A stretch of 64,000 nt of DNA from an uncultured delta proteobacterium (GTDB lineage Bacteria; Desulfobacterota; Binatia; UBA9968): positions 1 to 64,000 of the forward strand of contig CAWJBB010000051.1 of the NCBI GenBank assembly GCA_963840855.1, written 5' to 3'. Below the pieces are notes generated by a model that saw only the letters and a list, made by a program, of their open reading frames with translations, ran no database searches and was not told the DNA's origin. The first letter of the stretch is position 1. The number at the start of each line of letters is the position of its first letter. Positions 1-9,231 of this stretch are shown piece by piece. The position numbers and the translations under genes were made by a program.

Positions 1-112
1 ACATCATTCTCGCGCCAACCTCCCGAGAACGCAAAGTAAATTTCGAAATTCGAAATTGTCCAGCTTGGCGGGTATCGCGTCTTTGCGCGAGTTATATAAA
101 CCCGATGATGAT

Positions 113-886
113 TTAAGGCAAGTGAAACAGAGCGCGTGCGTTGGCTGTGGTGGCAATCGCGGCTTGTTCCAGCGATATGTCTTTAGTGCGCGCAATGGTT
201 TCCGCCACGAAGCGCACGAAGGCCGGCTCGTTGCGCTTGCCGCGATGGGGTACCGGGCGCGAGATAGGGCGAGTCGGTTTCGACGAAGATTCTTTCCAAC
301 GGCACCTTGCGCACGACTTCCCGCAGCGCTTCAGCGTTGGTAAACGTGACGATGCCGGTGAACGAAAGGTAAAATCCCAGGTCGAGATAGCGCCGCGCGG
401 CATCGTAATCGCCCGTGAAGCAGTGGATAACGCCTTGGAGGTCCCTTGCTCCCTCCTGCTCAGCAGTTCCGCCGCCTCCAAGGCAGCGTCACGCTCATGG
501 ACTACGATCGGCAATTTCGTTTCCTGTGCTAGTTGAATAAATCGGCCGAATACCTGCCGCTGCGTCTCATGCGGCGAGTGGCTGTAGTAGTAATCCAGCC
601 CGGTTTCGCCCACGGCAACGACTTTCGGGCTGGCCGCCAGTTGCTTGAGGGATTTCAACTCCTCATCTCCGACATCCTTCGCATCATGGGGATGCATGCC
701 GACGGTGGCGAAAACGTCCGGAAATGACGCGGCGAGCGTCACCGCTTCGCTGTTGCTCGACATGTTGCCCGCGCCGCCGACTACGACGATCGTTTCGACG
801 CCCGCGGCACGCGCCCGCGCGATCACCGCCGCCACTTCACCGGTGTATTCCTTGCCCTGAATATGAGCGTGACTGTCGATCAGCAT
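113..886 (-). CDS. tatD: TatD-family hydrolase; two compensating indels in the C-terminal half
   Basis: [23 protein letters not shown] and HRGKRNEP motifs. The missing GVIHCFTG...[10 protein letters not shown] segment is readable in an alternative frame at about 250-450. Confidence 0.93.
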   Translation of the reverse strand: MLIDSHAHIQGKEYTGEVAAVIARARAAGVETIVVVGGAGNMSSNSEAVTLAASFPDVFATVGMHPHDAKDVGDEELKSLKQLAASPKVVAVGETGLDYYYSHSPHETQRQVFGRFIQLAQETKLPIVVHERDAALEAAELLSRREQGTSKALSTASRAITMPRGAISTWDFTFRSPASSRLPTLKRCGKSCARCRWKESSSKPTRPISRPVPHRGKRNEPAFVRFVAETIARTKDISLEQAAIATTANARALFHLP

Positions 887-902
887 GATTTTCTCGGTAA
901 GC

Positions 903-2441
903 TTATTTTTTTGGCTCGGATTCGATGCGCGGGAAGAGAACTTTCGGCGGGCTAATTTTATGCCCAGGCGCGAATCCCTGCCCCCAGGGAGCACTTAAGG
1001 AGCCGCCATCATCTGCCAACCCAAGAAGCGCACGAAGTTCCTTGGCCGTATCCGGCAGAAAGGGCGCAAGCAAGCGAGCAAGGGTCCGGACAACCTCCAG
1101 AAGATGGTGCAACACCGCACCGACCCTTGGCTGCTTTGCCGGATCTTTGATCAACGTAAACGGAGCCGTTTGCACGACATAGCGGTTCGCATGATCCAGA
1201 GCCGACCATACGGCTTCAAGCGCGCGGTGAAACTGTAACTCCGCCATGTAGCTGTGGAGTTCCCTTTCGGCTTGGGCAAATTTGTCACGCAATTCCATAT
1301 CTTCGGCAGCCCACGCGGCGCTCAATGGCTGAACCTCGCCGGCGAAGTATTTCTCCTGCATTGCCAGCACGCGGCTCACCAGGTTGCCCAAATTATTCGC
1401 CAGATCGGCATTGATCCTCGTGACCAGGGCCTCTTCGGAAAACTTGGCGTCCTGTCCGAAGGCCATCTCGCGCAGCAGGAAATAACGAAACGCGTCCATG
1501 CCAAAGCGCTCTTTCATCTCTAACGGCCTGATCACATTACCCAGGCTCTTTGACATCTTGCCGGAATCCATCACCCAGTATCCATGCACATTCAAGTGCT
1601 GGTAGAGTGGCATTCCCGCCGCCATCAGCATCGTCGGCCAATAGATGGCATGGGCTTTGAGGATGTCCTTGGCGATCATATGATTCGTCCGCGGCCAAAA
1701 GTTAACCAGTGAATCGCCGCCGCGATAATCCAGGGCACTGACATAGTTCAGCAATGCGTCGAACCAAACATAGGTAACGTAATTCGAGTCGAAAGGCAGC
1801 GGGATGCCCCACTGCAATCGGGTCGTGGGCCGGGAGATACACAGGTCTTCGAGCGGTTCTCGCAGAAAGGCCAAAACTTCAGCCCGATAGCGCTCGGGGC
1901 GGATGATATCGGGCCGCGACTGCATTTCATCGATCAACCGCTCCTGAGATTTTGCCATGCGAAAAAAATAGTTTTTTTCGCTGATATAATCCGGCGCTGT
2001 TTGGTGATCCGGACATTTGCCGTCCACCAACTCCTTTTCGGTGTAAAACCGTTCGCAGCCGTAGCAATAAAACCCGCCGTACTCGCCGAAATAGACATCG
2101 CCGGCGTCGTAAATTTTTTGTAGGATCCTTTGCACGTATTCTTTATGGTACGGATCGGTGGTTCGAATGAAATGGTCGTAGGCTATTCCGCAGCGGTCCC
2201 AGGTCGAGCGAAATATCCCGCTGATGCGGTCGACATAGGTCTTGGGATCGGTGGCGCTGGCCTGGGCCGCCTGGGCAATCTTGTCCCCATGTTCGTCGGT
2301 GCCGGTGAGAAAAAACACTTCATAGCCGATGGCCAGATAGTAACGCTTCAGCGTATCGGCGATGAGCGTTGTATATGTATGGCCAAGGTGCGGCTCGGCG
2401 TTGACATAGTAAATCGGCGTCGTGAAATAGATTCGCTCCAT
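903..2441 (-). CDS. metG: Methionine-tRNA ligase, short form without the C-terminal tRNA-binding domain
   Basis: YFTTPIYYVNAEPHLGH (HIGH-type motif), KMSKS, CYGC..CPDH knuckle; ATG at 2441 overlaps the holB stop. Confidence 0.97.
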   Translation of the reverse strand: MERIYFTTPIYYVNAEPHLGHTYTTLIADTLKRYYLAIGYEVFFLTGTDEHGDKIAQAAQASATDPKTYVDRISGIFRSTWDRCGIAYDHFIRTTDPYHKEYVQRILQKIYDAGDVYFGEYGGFYCYGCERFYTEKELVDGKCPDHQTAPDYISEKNYFFRMAKSQERLIDEMQSRPDIIRPERYRAEVLAFLREPLEDLCISRPTTRLQWGIPLPFDSNYVTYVWFDALLNYVSALDYRGGDSLVNFWPRTNHMIAKDILKAHAIYWPTMLMAAGMPLYQHLNVHGYWVMDSGKMSKSLGNVIRPLEMKERFGMDAFRYFLLREMAFGQDAKFSEEALVTRINADLANNLGNLVSRVLAMQEKYFAGEVQPLSAAWAAEDMELRDKFAQAERELHSYMAELQFHRALEAVWSALDHANRYVVQTAPFTLIKDPAKQPRVGAVLHHLLEVVRTLARLLAPFLPDTAKELRALLGLADDGGSLSAPWGQGFAPGHKISPPKVLFPRIESEPKK

Positions 2442-3427
2442 CAATGGCTCCCGACCACGCCGAACAAGAACTGCTCCAGCACCATGCGGCGATTGAGATT
2501 GCGTTGAATCTTTCTCGCGGCGCCGGCGACGTTTGCCGCAGCCGAGAGAATACGCTCCACCCCCGCTCCCGCCCCCTGTAATTGCAATTCGGGCAGCATG
2601 TCCAGGTTGACGAAACCCTGCGCGTCTTGCCGTGCCGCTTGAACTAACAGATCGCGATACCAGCTCTCGGCCCACTCGAGAAATTGCAGCGCATCGTCCC
2701 GGCTTGCGGCGAGCGCTTCGGCGGCCTCCATGGCGCCGCGATAGTCGCTCGCTTTGAGCGCCGATAACTTGCCGCCCCAGACCCGTCTGCGCTCGCGCAG
2801 CTCCGCGCCGTCCATCTCGAGCGCCGCGCCCAAGCTGCCCATGCTTAGTGCCGCCAACAATTCGGCTTCTTCCGGCTTCACGCGCTTTTCCGACAGGAGG
2901 AAACCGGCAATCAACTGCCTCGGCAGAGGCCCGAAACTCAGCTGGAGGCAGCGCGATCTTAACGTCGGCAAGAGCGCGCCGGCGCTCGCCGCGATGAGAA
3001 TCAAGAGAGAATCCGGCGGCGGCTCTTCCAGTGTTTTCAAGAGCGCATTCTGCGAAGCCGGGTTCAGCAACGTCGCCGGATCGATGATCGCGATCTTGCG
3101 CCCGCCGGAAAACGAACGGTAACGCAACTCCTTTTCCATATCGCGGATCTGCTGGATGCTGATCTCTTTCTTGTTCGCCAGACGCTCGATCACCCGCACA
3201 TCGGGATGATTGCGCGCCTTGACGCGCGTGCACTCGGCGCAGCGGCCGCAGAAATCGCCGCCTTTTGCCGTGCAGTGAAGCGCCATTGCCAAAGCCAGCG
3301 CGGTCGTTCGTTTGCCCACGCCCTCCGGCCCGGTGAATAGATAGGCGTGATGCAGGCGATTATTGGCCAGCGCCTGGCGCAGAATGTCCAGCTGGTTTCT
3401 CTGGCCGATGATTTCAGCGAAGCCCAT
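2441..3427 (-). CDS. holB: DNA polymerase III delta' subunit
   Basis: HAYLFTGPEGVGK, CGRCAEC, NHPDV, NALLKTLEEPP, LPTLRSRC; lies directly downstream of tmk. Confidence 0.96.
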   Translation of the reverse strand: MGFAEIIGQRNQLDILRQALANNRLHHAYLFTGPEGVGKRTTALALAMALHCTAKGGDFCGRCAECTRVKARNHPDVRVIERLANKKEISIQQIRDMEKELRYRSFSGGRKIAIIDPATLLNPASQNALLKTLEEPPPDSLLILIAASAGALLPTLRSRCLQLSFGPLPRQLIAGFLLSEKRVKPEEAELLAALSMGSLGAALEMDGAELRERRRVWGGKLSALKASDYRGAMEAAEALAASRDDALQFLEWAESWYRDLLVQAARQDAQGFVNLDMLPELQLQGAGAGVERILSAAANVAGAARKIQRNLNRRMVLEQFLFGVVGSH

Positions 3428-4062
3428 TACGCGAGCCCCCGGTCGACAACGCTTTTGATTTCCTGAGTCACTTCCACCACGGAGCGCGACGCGTCGATGA
3501 TGCGGAAACGTTCCGGCTCGGCCCGCGCCAATGCAAGAAAGCCAACACGCACCCTTTCGTGAAACTCCACCTTTTCACGTTCAAAGCGGTCTTCGCGTCC
3601 CGCGCCCTCTTCCGCTAAGCGCTTGGCAGTGCGCGACAATCCCACCTCCACCGGGCAGTCGAACAGCAGTGTCAAATCCGGTTTCACGCCACGGTCGGCA
3701 ATCCGGTTCAGCGCGCGCAGCACCTCGAGGTCGATACCACGCCCGTAACCCTGATACGCCAGGGTTGAATCGGTGTAACGGTCACAGAGCACGAGCTTAG
3801 CACTATCCAGCGCGGGAAGAATCACATCCTGCACATGTTGCGCCCGGTCCGCCAGGTAAAGAAACAGTTCCGTCGGCGAACCGATGGGCTGTTTGCCGAC
3901 TTCCAAAAGCGCCTGCCGGATAAGCTTTCCGAGGGGTGTCCCGCCCGGCTCCCGGGTGGAAACGAAGGACCGGCCGCAGGCGTCTAGATGACGCTCCAGA
4001 GCCTTGATTTGCGTCGACTTGCCGGTACCGTCGCCGCCTTCAAATGTGATGAAACGAATCAT
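3427..4062 (-). CDS. tmk: Thymidylate kinase
   Basis: FITFEGGDGTGKST, TREPGGT, CDRYTDSTLAYQGYGRG. Confidence 0.97.
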   Translation of the reverse strand: MIRFITFEGGDGTGKSTQIKALERHLDACGRSFVSTREPGGTPLGKLIRQALLEVGKQPIGSPTELFLYLADRAQHVQDVILPALDSAKLVLCDRYTDSTLAYQGYGRGIDLEVLRALNRIADRGVKPDLTLLFDCPVEVGLSRTAKRLAEEGAGREDRFEREKVEFHERVRVGFLALARAEPERFRIIDASRSVVEVTQEIKSVVDRGLA

Positions 4063-4139
4063 TAGTTAAGAAAAGCGAGGACCCCGGGAGAAATCCGTGG
4101 ACCGCGGGACAGCCGCGCGGGGAATTTTGGACGTTGCAG

Positions 4140-4523
4140 CTAACTTTTGGTGTCGCCCAATAGCAAATTAATGCCGTTAATGAGCTGGGTGCTCGTGAAA
4201 GGCTTGGTAATATAATAGTCTGCGCCGAGTTTGTACCCACCAAGAACGTCTTCATATTGCACTTTGGCGGTAAGCAGCACCACCGGAACGTTTGTGAACT
4301 CCGACATGGCTTTTAGCCGGGTGAGCACTTCGAGCCCGTCCATCTCTGGCATCATGATATCCAAAACGATGAGGTCAGGCTTTTGCGTCTTGAGAGCGGC
4401 CAGACACTCAGCCCCGCTGGAAGCGCTCAATACATTAAAGCCCTTCCCCTCCAAAATGGTCCTGACGATGGTAATAATGTCTGGGTTATCGTCAACCACC
4501 ATGATGGTTTTTTCGTTATCCAT
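4140..4523 (-). CDS. Single-domain response regulator (CheY-like receiver)
   Basis: VVDDN, LDIMMPEMDG, LTAK, YITKPF. Confidence 0.95.
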   Translation of the reverse strand: MDNEKTIMVVDDNPDIITIVRTILEGKGFNVLSASSGAECLAALKTQKPDLIVLDIMMPEMDGLEVLTRLKAMSEFTNVPVVLLTAKVQYEDVLGGYKLGADYYITKPFTSTQLINGINLLLGDTKS

Positions 4524-4712
4524 TTAGTTACTCCCCGTGGCGCGGGCGCATCCGACTCACACCAGCATACAGGTGATTGGCTAGTTTACGCGGCGATGGT
4601 GTGTAATGGTTGACGCCTCGTTAGCTAACGCGTTGCAAAAGCGAAATTTAGCATCTTCTAGCGGCGAAGTAAACTTGAGTTTTCGAAATCAATTCTATGA
4701 AAATTCGAAGGG

Positions 4713-5888
4713 TTATGGACTTATGGAGCGCCAGTAATCTTGTTTCAACATGAACGGGAGGACCGCGTAACTTGCCGTTAAAGTTGTCGCCGGCACCAAC
4801 GGCGCGGCCAGATTGAGGGCTTGGCGGCTAAACCGCGCGCGCAGCGAGCCTTGAATATTTAGCAGTGCCGGACCGCTGCCGGTAGCGTTGCCGGACTCGT
4901 GGATGATCAAGGCGCCAAGAACTTCCTTATTGGTCGCATCCGCTACGCGGAGTCCTACATCGCCGCCGGAGACGATGATCAGTCCTTCCCAGCGAAAATC
5001 CCCGGTAACGACCATCTCGGCATCCCGGACCACCAGAACGCCGGCGCCACCGCTGTTGGCGCCAAACACTACTGAGTCACCGCTTCCCGGTAGCCCGTTG
5101 ACGCAACGAAGCTGGGGCGCTGTGCGGCTGCCCCAAGCCTGACTCACGACCGACAGGCTGCCCACTGAAGGCACGGTTGACACCACCGCGTGCGGCGCAG
5201 CGCAAAGGTCGCCCGCAATGCGAGCCACATCGTCTGCGGGAATCCGGTCACTGGACGCGATCGCGGCTCCGTTGCCGTCCTCGCCGGTAATATTCCCCCT
5301 TTGCACATGGTCCAACGCTCCCCCCACTTGATTTAGCACGACGATGGCCGCAGCGGTTATGCCGGCCCGTGGCCGGGACCCAAAGAGCGGAGCCCCACTG
5401 ATCAAATCGTGATCGAGCCCGGAAATCATGAAAGACGAGCCGCCAAAGATTATACCCCGGGCGTTTCCCCTTAGCGCTATGGCACCATCGGCCAAGTCAT
5501 AGGTCTTGGTGACTCGGGCATGGACGGCTTGCGACGCGTTGTGCGCGCTTCCCACCGATCGGAGCACAATGCTGACATTAAGGGGGCTAGTTTGAGTGGA
5601 TGAAAGAAACGACACTGAATACGAGCCCGGCGGCAGGCCTTGTGTTCCATCAGACAGGATGAGAGGCATCATCGTCGCCCCGGCGATCCGCTGCTTGCCC
5701 CATTCAATGCCGGCGTCCGCCAGGTAGGACGCGGACGTGCTACTGCGCAAATTGGCTGTCATGCGAAAATCATTTTGCACCGAAACCACGGCCCCCATGC
5801 CCACGGCCATGAGCAGCGAGAGTAAAAGCAAAACCGTGATCAGAATCATCCCGCGCTCGCCGAGTAGATTCTTGCGTGCAGAATTCAT
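4713..5888 (-). CDS. Long PilX-like minor pilin (cassette 2)
   Basis: ERG|MILITVLLLL PilX-type leader without E5, AxYLADAGIE motif, about 250-aa C-terminal extension. Confidence 0.8.
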   Translation of the reverse strand: MNSARKNLLGERGMILITVLLLLSLLMAVGMGAVVSVQNDFRMTANLRSSTSASYLADAGIEWGKQRIAGATMMPLILSDGTQGLPPGSYSVSFLSSTQTSPLNVSIVLRSVGSAHNASQAVHARVTKTYDLADGAIALRGNARGIIFGGSSFMISGLDHDLISGAPLFGSRPRAGITAAAIVVLNQVGGALDHVQRGNITGEDGNGAAIASSDRIPADDVARIAGDLCAAPHAVVSTVPSVGSLSVVSQAWGSRTAPQLRCVNGLPGSGDSVVFGANSGGAGVLVVRDAEMVVTGDFRWEGLIIVSGGDVGLRVADATNKEVLGALIIHESGNATGSGPALLNIQGSLRARFSRQALNLAAPLVPATTLTASYAVLPFMLKQDYWRSISP

Positions 5889-6087
5889 AATCTTAATTTC
5901 GAGAACTTCAGGCTTCCGTGTGGCTCGCCTGATTTACGCAATTTGTGTGCGTGGAATCCTTTTGCAATGGACGACAGCAGACCAAAGCCGGACGACCAGC
6001 CGTCTGGAGTCGTCGTTTATTTCCTTTCCTTCGTGCCTCTTCTTGTCCTTCATGTAAACAACTCCTCCGCAGAAAAACCGGAAGTGC

Positions 6088-6738
6088 CTAATTCCGCAAC
6101 TCCACGCTGGTGGAAAGCTCTGAAGCAATATAGACACTGGACTTCGCGTCGGAGTTCCTGGCGCGCACGGCAAAGGCAATACGAATGCGTTTGATCGCCG
6201 CCAAAGGCGGCTGATCGCCGAGGTCCACGCCCGAGGCGTCGAAGTAACGAAAAAGTTTACCGGCTACCGGAGTCGTGACGTTGGCCACGAGGCAGTCGCC
6301 GTTGCGCCGGATAATTTTCGTCCCGTCACAAGTCGAAGTCGGGCCCGTCAATTCGTAACGAACATTTTCCCGCGGATCGGTATCGGCGCAGTTGCCATTG
6401 CCGTTCAGGTCCGTTTGGACGTGGATCTTGGTTGCTGTAGCGGCATATACACGGTTGCAAATCGAGTCTGAATCGGTCTCCGGATCGTCCGCAGCGCCGG
6501 TTTCGGCGGGTGGCGTGCCATCGGCCCACGCCCCAGCGTTTTTCAAATCGCGAACGATGATATCGAAGGCGCCACGAGCGTCTTCCAAGGTCGCGGTCTT
6601 GGTCTCCTGGGCGAGTGTTTGATAAATCTGCGCGCGGCCAAAACCATAAAGGCCGGCGATCATCACCGAGCCAAGCAGCAACGACATCAGCTGTTCGATC
6701 AGCGTAACGCCGTCACTCTTGCGCATCAAACGAAGCAT
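6088..6738 (-). CDS. PilW-like minor pilin (cassette 2)
   Basis: KSDG|VTLIEQLMSLLLG class III signal; RDLKNAG motif. Confidence 0.82.
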   Translation of the reverse strand: MLRLMRKSDGVTLIEQLMSLLLGSVMIAGLYGFGRAQIYQTLAQETKTATLEDARGAFDIIVRDLKNAGAWADGTPPAETGAADDPETDSDSICNRVYAATATKIHVQTDLNGNGNCADTDPRENVRYELTGPTSTCDGTKIIRRNGDCLVANVTTPVAGKLFRYFDASGVDLGDQPPLAAIKRIRIAFAVRARNSDAKSSVYIASELSTSVELRN

Positions 6739-6744
6739 TGACGA

Positions 6745-7152
6745 TCATTCCTTGTAAACAAGCGTCCCCAGAGTGATCGATCGCGGTTCTGTGTCACGCC
6801 AAGCCACGGTCACTTCGATCTGCTTAAGGTTCATCCCCAGCGGCGAATCGCTGATCCGCCAACATCGGTCATAAATTCCGCCAGCGCCGCCCGCTACGCT
6901 GAGACCATTTTCACCCGCCGCTGGGCAACGGTTTTCATTACTGATGCCGGCGCGCCCTCTCAACTGTTCCATCTTGTCTTGCGCCAGATTAACGGCGACA
7001 GTGTAGTTGCTGCTGGCGTAATTGCCGCGAATGACGCTGACCGTGGTCGCGGCGAAACCAAGCACGCCGATGCCTGTAATGACCATCGCCACTAGGATTT
7101 CGTTGAAGGTAAATCCCTGCTGCCATGATGGGCTTCGTATGAGTCGTAGCAT
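6745..7152 (-). CDS. PilV-like minor pilin (cassette 2)
   Basis: QQG|FTFNEILVAM; AVNLAQDKMEQLR; VTVAW. Confidence 0.85.
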   Translation of the reverse strand: MLRLIRSPSWQQGFTFNEILVAMVITGIGVLGFAATTVSVIRGNYASSNYTVAVNLAQDKMEQLRGRAGISNENRCPAAGENGLSVAGGAGGIYDRCWRISDSPLGMNLKQIEVTVAWRDTEPRSITLGTLVYKE

Positions 7153-7157
7153 AGCTT

Positions 7158-7601
7158 TCAACAGTCGCTGCCGCAGGCGGCCTTGCAGGTGCGAACCCTT
7201 CCGGTGGCACTGACGACCACTTGTTGGCAAGAGCCTTCACGACTCGATAGTCGCACGCGGTTTGCGCTCGCGGTTCCCCTAGGCGAAAACGCGATGCTGC
7301 CCGCTTTCGTGACGGACACGCCGGTGGGCAAAGGTTTGACCGCCCAAGTCTTACCATCCCGCTGGATCTCGATATTTGTAGTGCCCGCCGCATAGGCGAG
7401 ACGGAAACTCGCATTTTCGGCTGCTGATCGAATTCTTAGACTTTGCAGCTCGGAATGGACGAGACGCGCGGAGCTTGACAGATGAAAAGAATGTTGGAGT
7501 CTATTCCATCCGGGCAGCGCGATGACGGATAATAGTCCAACGATAGCAAGGGCGGCGATGAGTTCGATCACAGAGAAGCCGCGTCCTGTTGCAAAAACCA
7601 T
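7158..7601 (-). CDS. FimT/GspH-like minor pilin (cassette 2)
   Basis: GRG|FSVIELIAAL; FSPRGTA; C-terminal VVSATGRVR; RBS AGGAGG. Confidence 0.85.
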   Translation of the reverse strand: MVFATGRGFSVIELIAALAIVGLLSVIALPGWNRLQHSFHLSSSARLVHSELQSLRIRSAAENASFRLAYAAGTTNIEIQRDGKTWAVKPLPTGVSVTKAGSIAFSPRGTASANRVRLSSREGSCQQVVVSATGRVRTCKAACGSDC

Positions 7602-7625
7602 GGGAGCCCCTCCTGTACGGGCGGC

Positions 7626-7654
7626 AAATTATTCCTCCGCCGGGGGCATGTCAA
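7626..7654 (-). promoter_or_regulatory. Putative sigma70 promoter of pilin cassette 2
   Basis: Minus strand TTGACA-17 nt-TAATTT, 25 nt upstream of the fimT-like ATG. Confidence 0.6.
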
Positions 7655-7889
7655 GAGGGTGCGTGTCCGGCTTTCTTAATTTTAAACGACCCGCCATCTT
7701 CAAACCGTCCAAAAGCCGGCCCAATCAACGACACCTGTTTCTTCAATATGGCCGCTTGTTGGGAATGTGCTGTAATCTTACGGACTGCCGTTACCTGACA
7801 CTCCAAAGAACCCCAAGGAGCATTGTCGTTTTTGGGCGGAGTCTGGCCGTCAGGAGTAAGGGTGCCTCGGACAATCTTTTGCCGCGGGT

Positions 7890-8456
7890 ATGATCGAAAA
7901 ACATTCCAGAGAACTCTTTGCCCTCGTCAACAGATCCTGCAGGCAACATTGATTGAACGGATCAATGGTGGTTGAATCCCAGCCGCTCAATTTGCAGAGC
8001 TGCTTGCCGGCTTGAAAACCACTACGAAGCACCACTGGAAAAACCAGTAGACCATGGGATTACCCGCGGACTGCCCATTAAAACGCCGACAAAAAGAATC
8101 TTGCGGATCTTACAAAATCTCGTCGACAACGCGATCAAATTTACTTCCGAGGGCGAGGTTTCCATATCGGGCACTAATCCTGAGAACGCGCGGAATTTGC
8201 GTTGGCCGACACGGGAAGCCGAATCGCCGAGGAAGACCGCGCCGCCATTCTTCGAGAAGTTTCGACAGCGCGACAATTCAGAAACGAGGGAGTTCGCAGG
8301 GCTTGGTCTGGGCCTCTTTATCGCCAAGAGATTTGCTCAGCTAATGGGCGGGGTATTGTTGTGGCGAGTGGAATCGGCCGTGGTTCGACGCTTACCGTTA
8401 TCCTTCCTATTGCCAGCGACCACGGACACCCGGCCACCGATTCGAATACACAATAG
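7890..8456 (+). pseudogene. Fragmented histidine kinase remnant (HisKA end plus HATPase_c)
   Basis: ILQNLVDNAIKFT (N box), ADTGS.I (G1), FEKFRQ (F), GLGLGLFIA (G2) and GRGST are spread over several frames; no sensor domain or H-box. Confidence 0.8.
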
Positions 8457-8551
8457 CTCGCAGCGGCCCGATGGAACTCACCAGAGATAAGGATTCAAGT
8501 AGTGGACTGAACGAAGACGATCACAGGAAATGCCTTTTGGTTGAAGGTATC

Positions 8552-9229
8552 CTATCGTTGCAAAAGCAGTAGCTGGAAGTCGCGCTCTTCGCGGATATTA
8601 GCGAACGCAGGATCGGTTTTGAGATAAGCAATATCTTTGTAACCTTGACCTATAGCTTTGCCGAGCCATTCGATGGCTTGTTCTTTCTTGCCATAAGTCG
8701 CATAAACGCGCGCCAGCTGATATGCCGGCGTGGGATCACTAGGCTTCGCTTCTACCTCCTTTTCCGCCCGCGCGATCACCGCGTCGCGTTCCCGGAGTGC
8801 CGCTTTGTTCTTCTTCGCGGTCTCCAGGTTCTTAAGCGCCATGGCGTTGCCCGGCTCATTTTTCAAGGCATCCTGGAACTCGGCGATGGCTTGATCATAC
8901 ATTCCCTTCTTAGAATAAAGCACGCCGAGGTTGTTGCGCGCGTAAAAGTTGCGCGGCTCAAGTTCGATGCTCTTGCGGTAAGCGTCGATCGCTTCATCGC
9001 TCAGATTGGCCCGTTCATAGGCATAACCTAGATTGAGCTGCGCGGCGCCGTACTTGGGATCGATGGTGGTTGCCTTTTGAAACTCACTAATCGCCGCCTC
9101 CACTTTGCCCTGCTCGAGCAGCTTTTTCCCTAGGGAGATCTTTTCCGTCGCCTCTTCCGAGGCGGCGAAAACTAAAGTGGAACAGAGAAGGAGCCCGTGT
9201 AACGCGACGATACCGACGAATTTCCGCAT
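8552..9229 (-). CDS. Secreted TPR protein
   Basis: Signal peptide followed by repeated TPR units (AQLNLGYAY, ARNNLGVLY, AYQLARVYA). Confidence 0.9.
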   Translation of the reverse strand: MRKFVGIVALHGLLLCSTLVFAASEEATEKISLGKKLLEQGKVEAAISEFQKATTIDPKYGAAQLNLGYAYERANLSDEAIDAYRKSIELEPRNFYARNNLGVLYSKKGMYDQAIAEFQDALKNEPGNAMALKNLETAKKNKAALRERDAVIARAEKEVEAKPSDPTPAYQLARVYATYGKKEQAIEWLGKAIGQGYKDIAYLKTDPAFANIREERDFQLLLLQR

Positions 9230-9231
9230 CG

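Noticed and set aside
2442-3233. Long N-terminal extension on metG (776-aa ORF)
   Set aside because: It is a shadow frame overlapping holB; the real start is ATG 2441
7890-8456. Functional kinase partner for the receiver at 4140-4523
   Set aside because: Lacks an H-box and sensor domain and has far more disruptions than neighbouring genes
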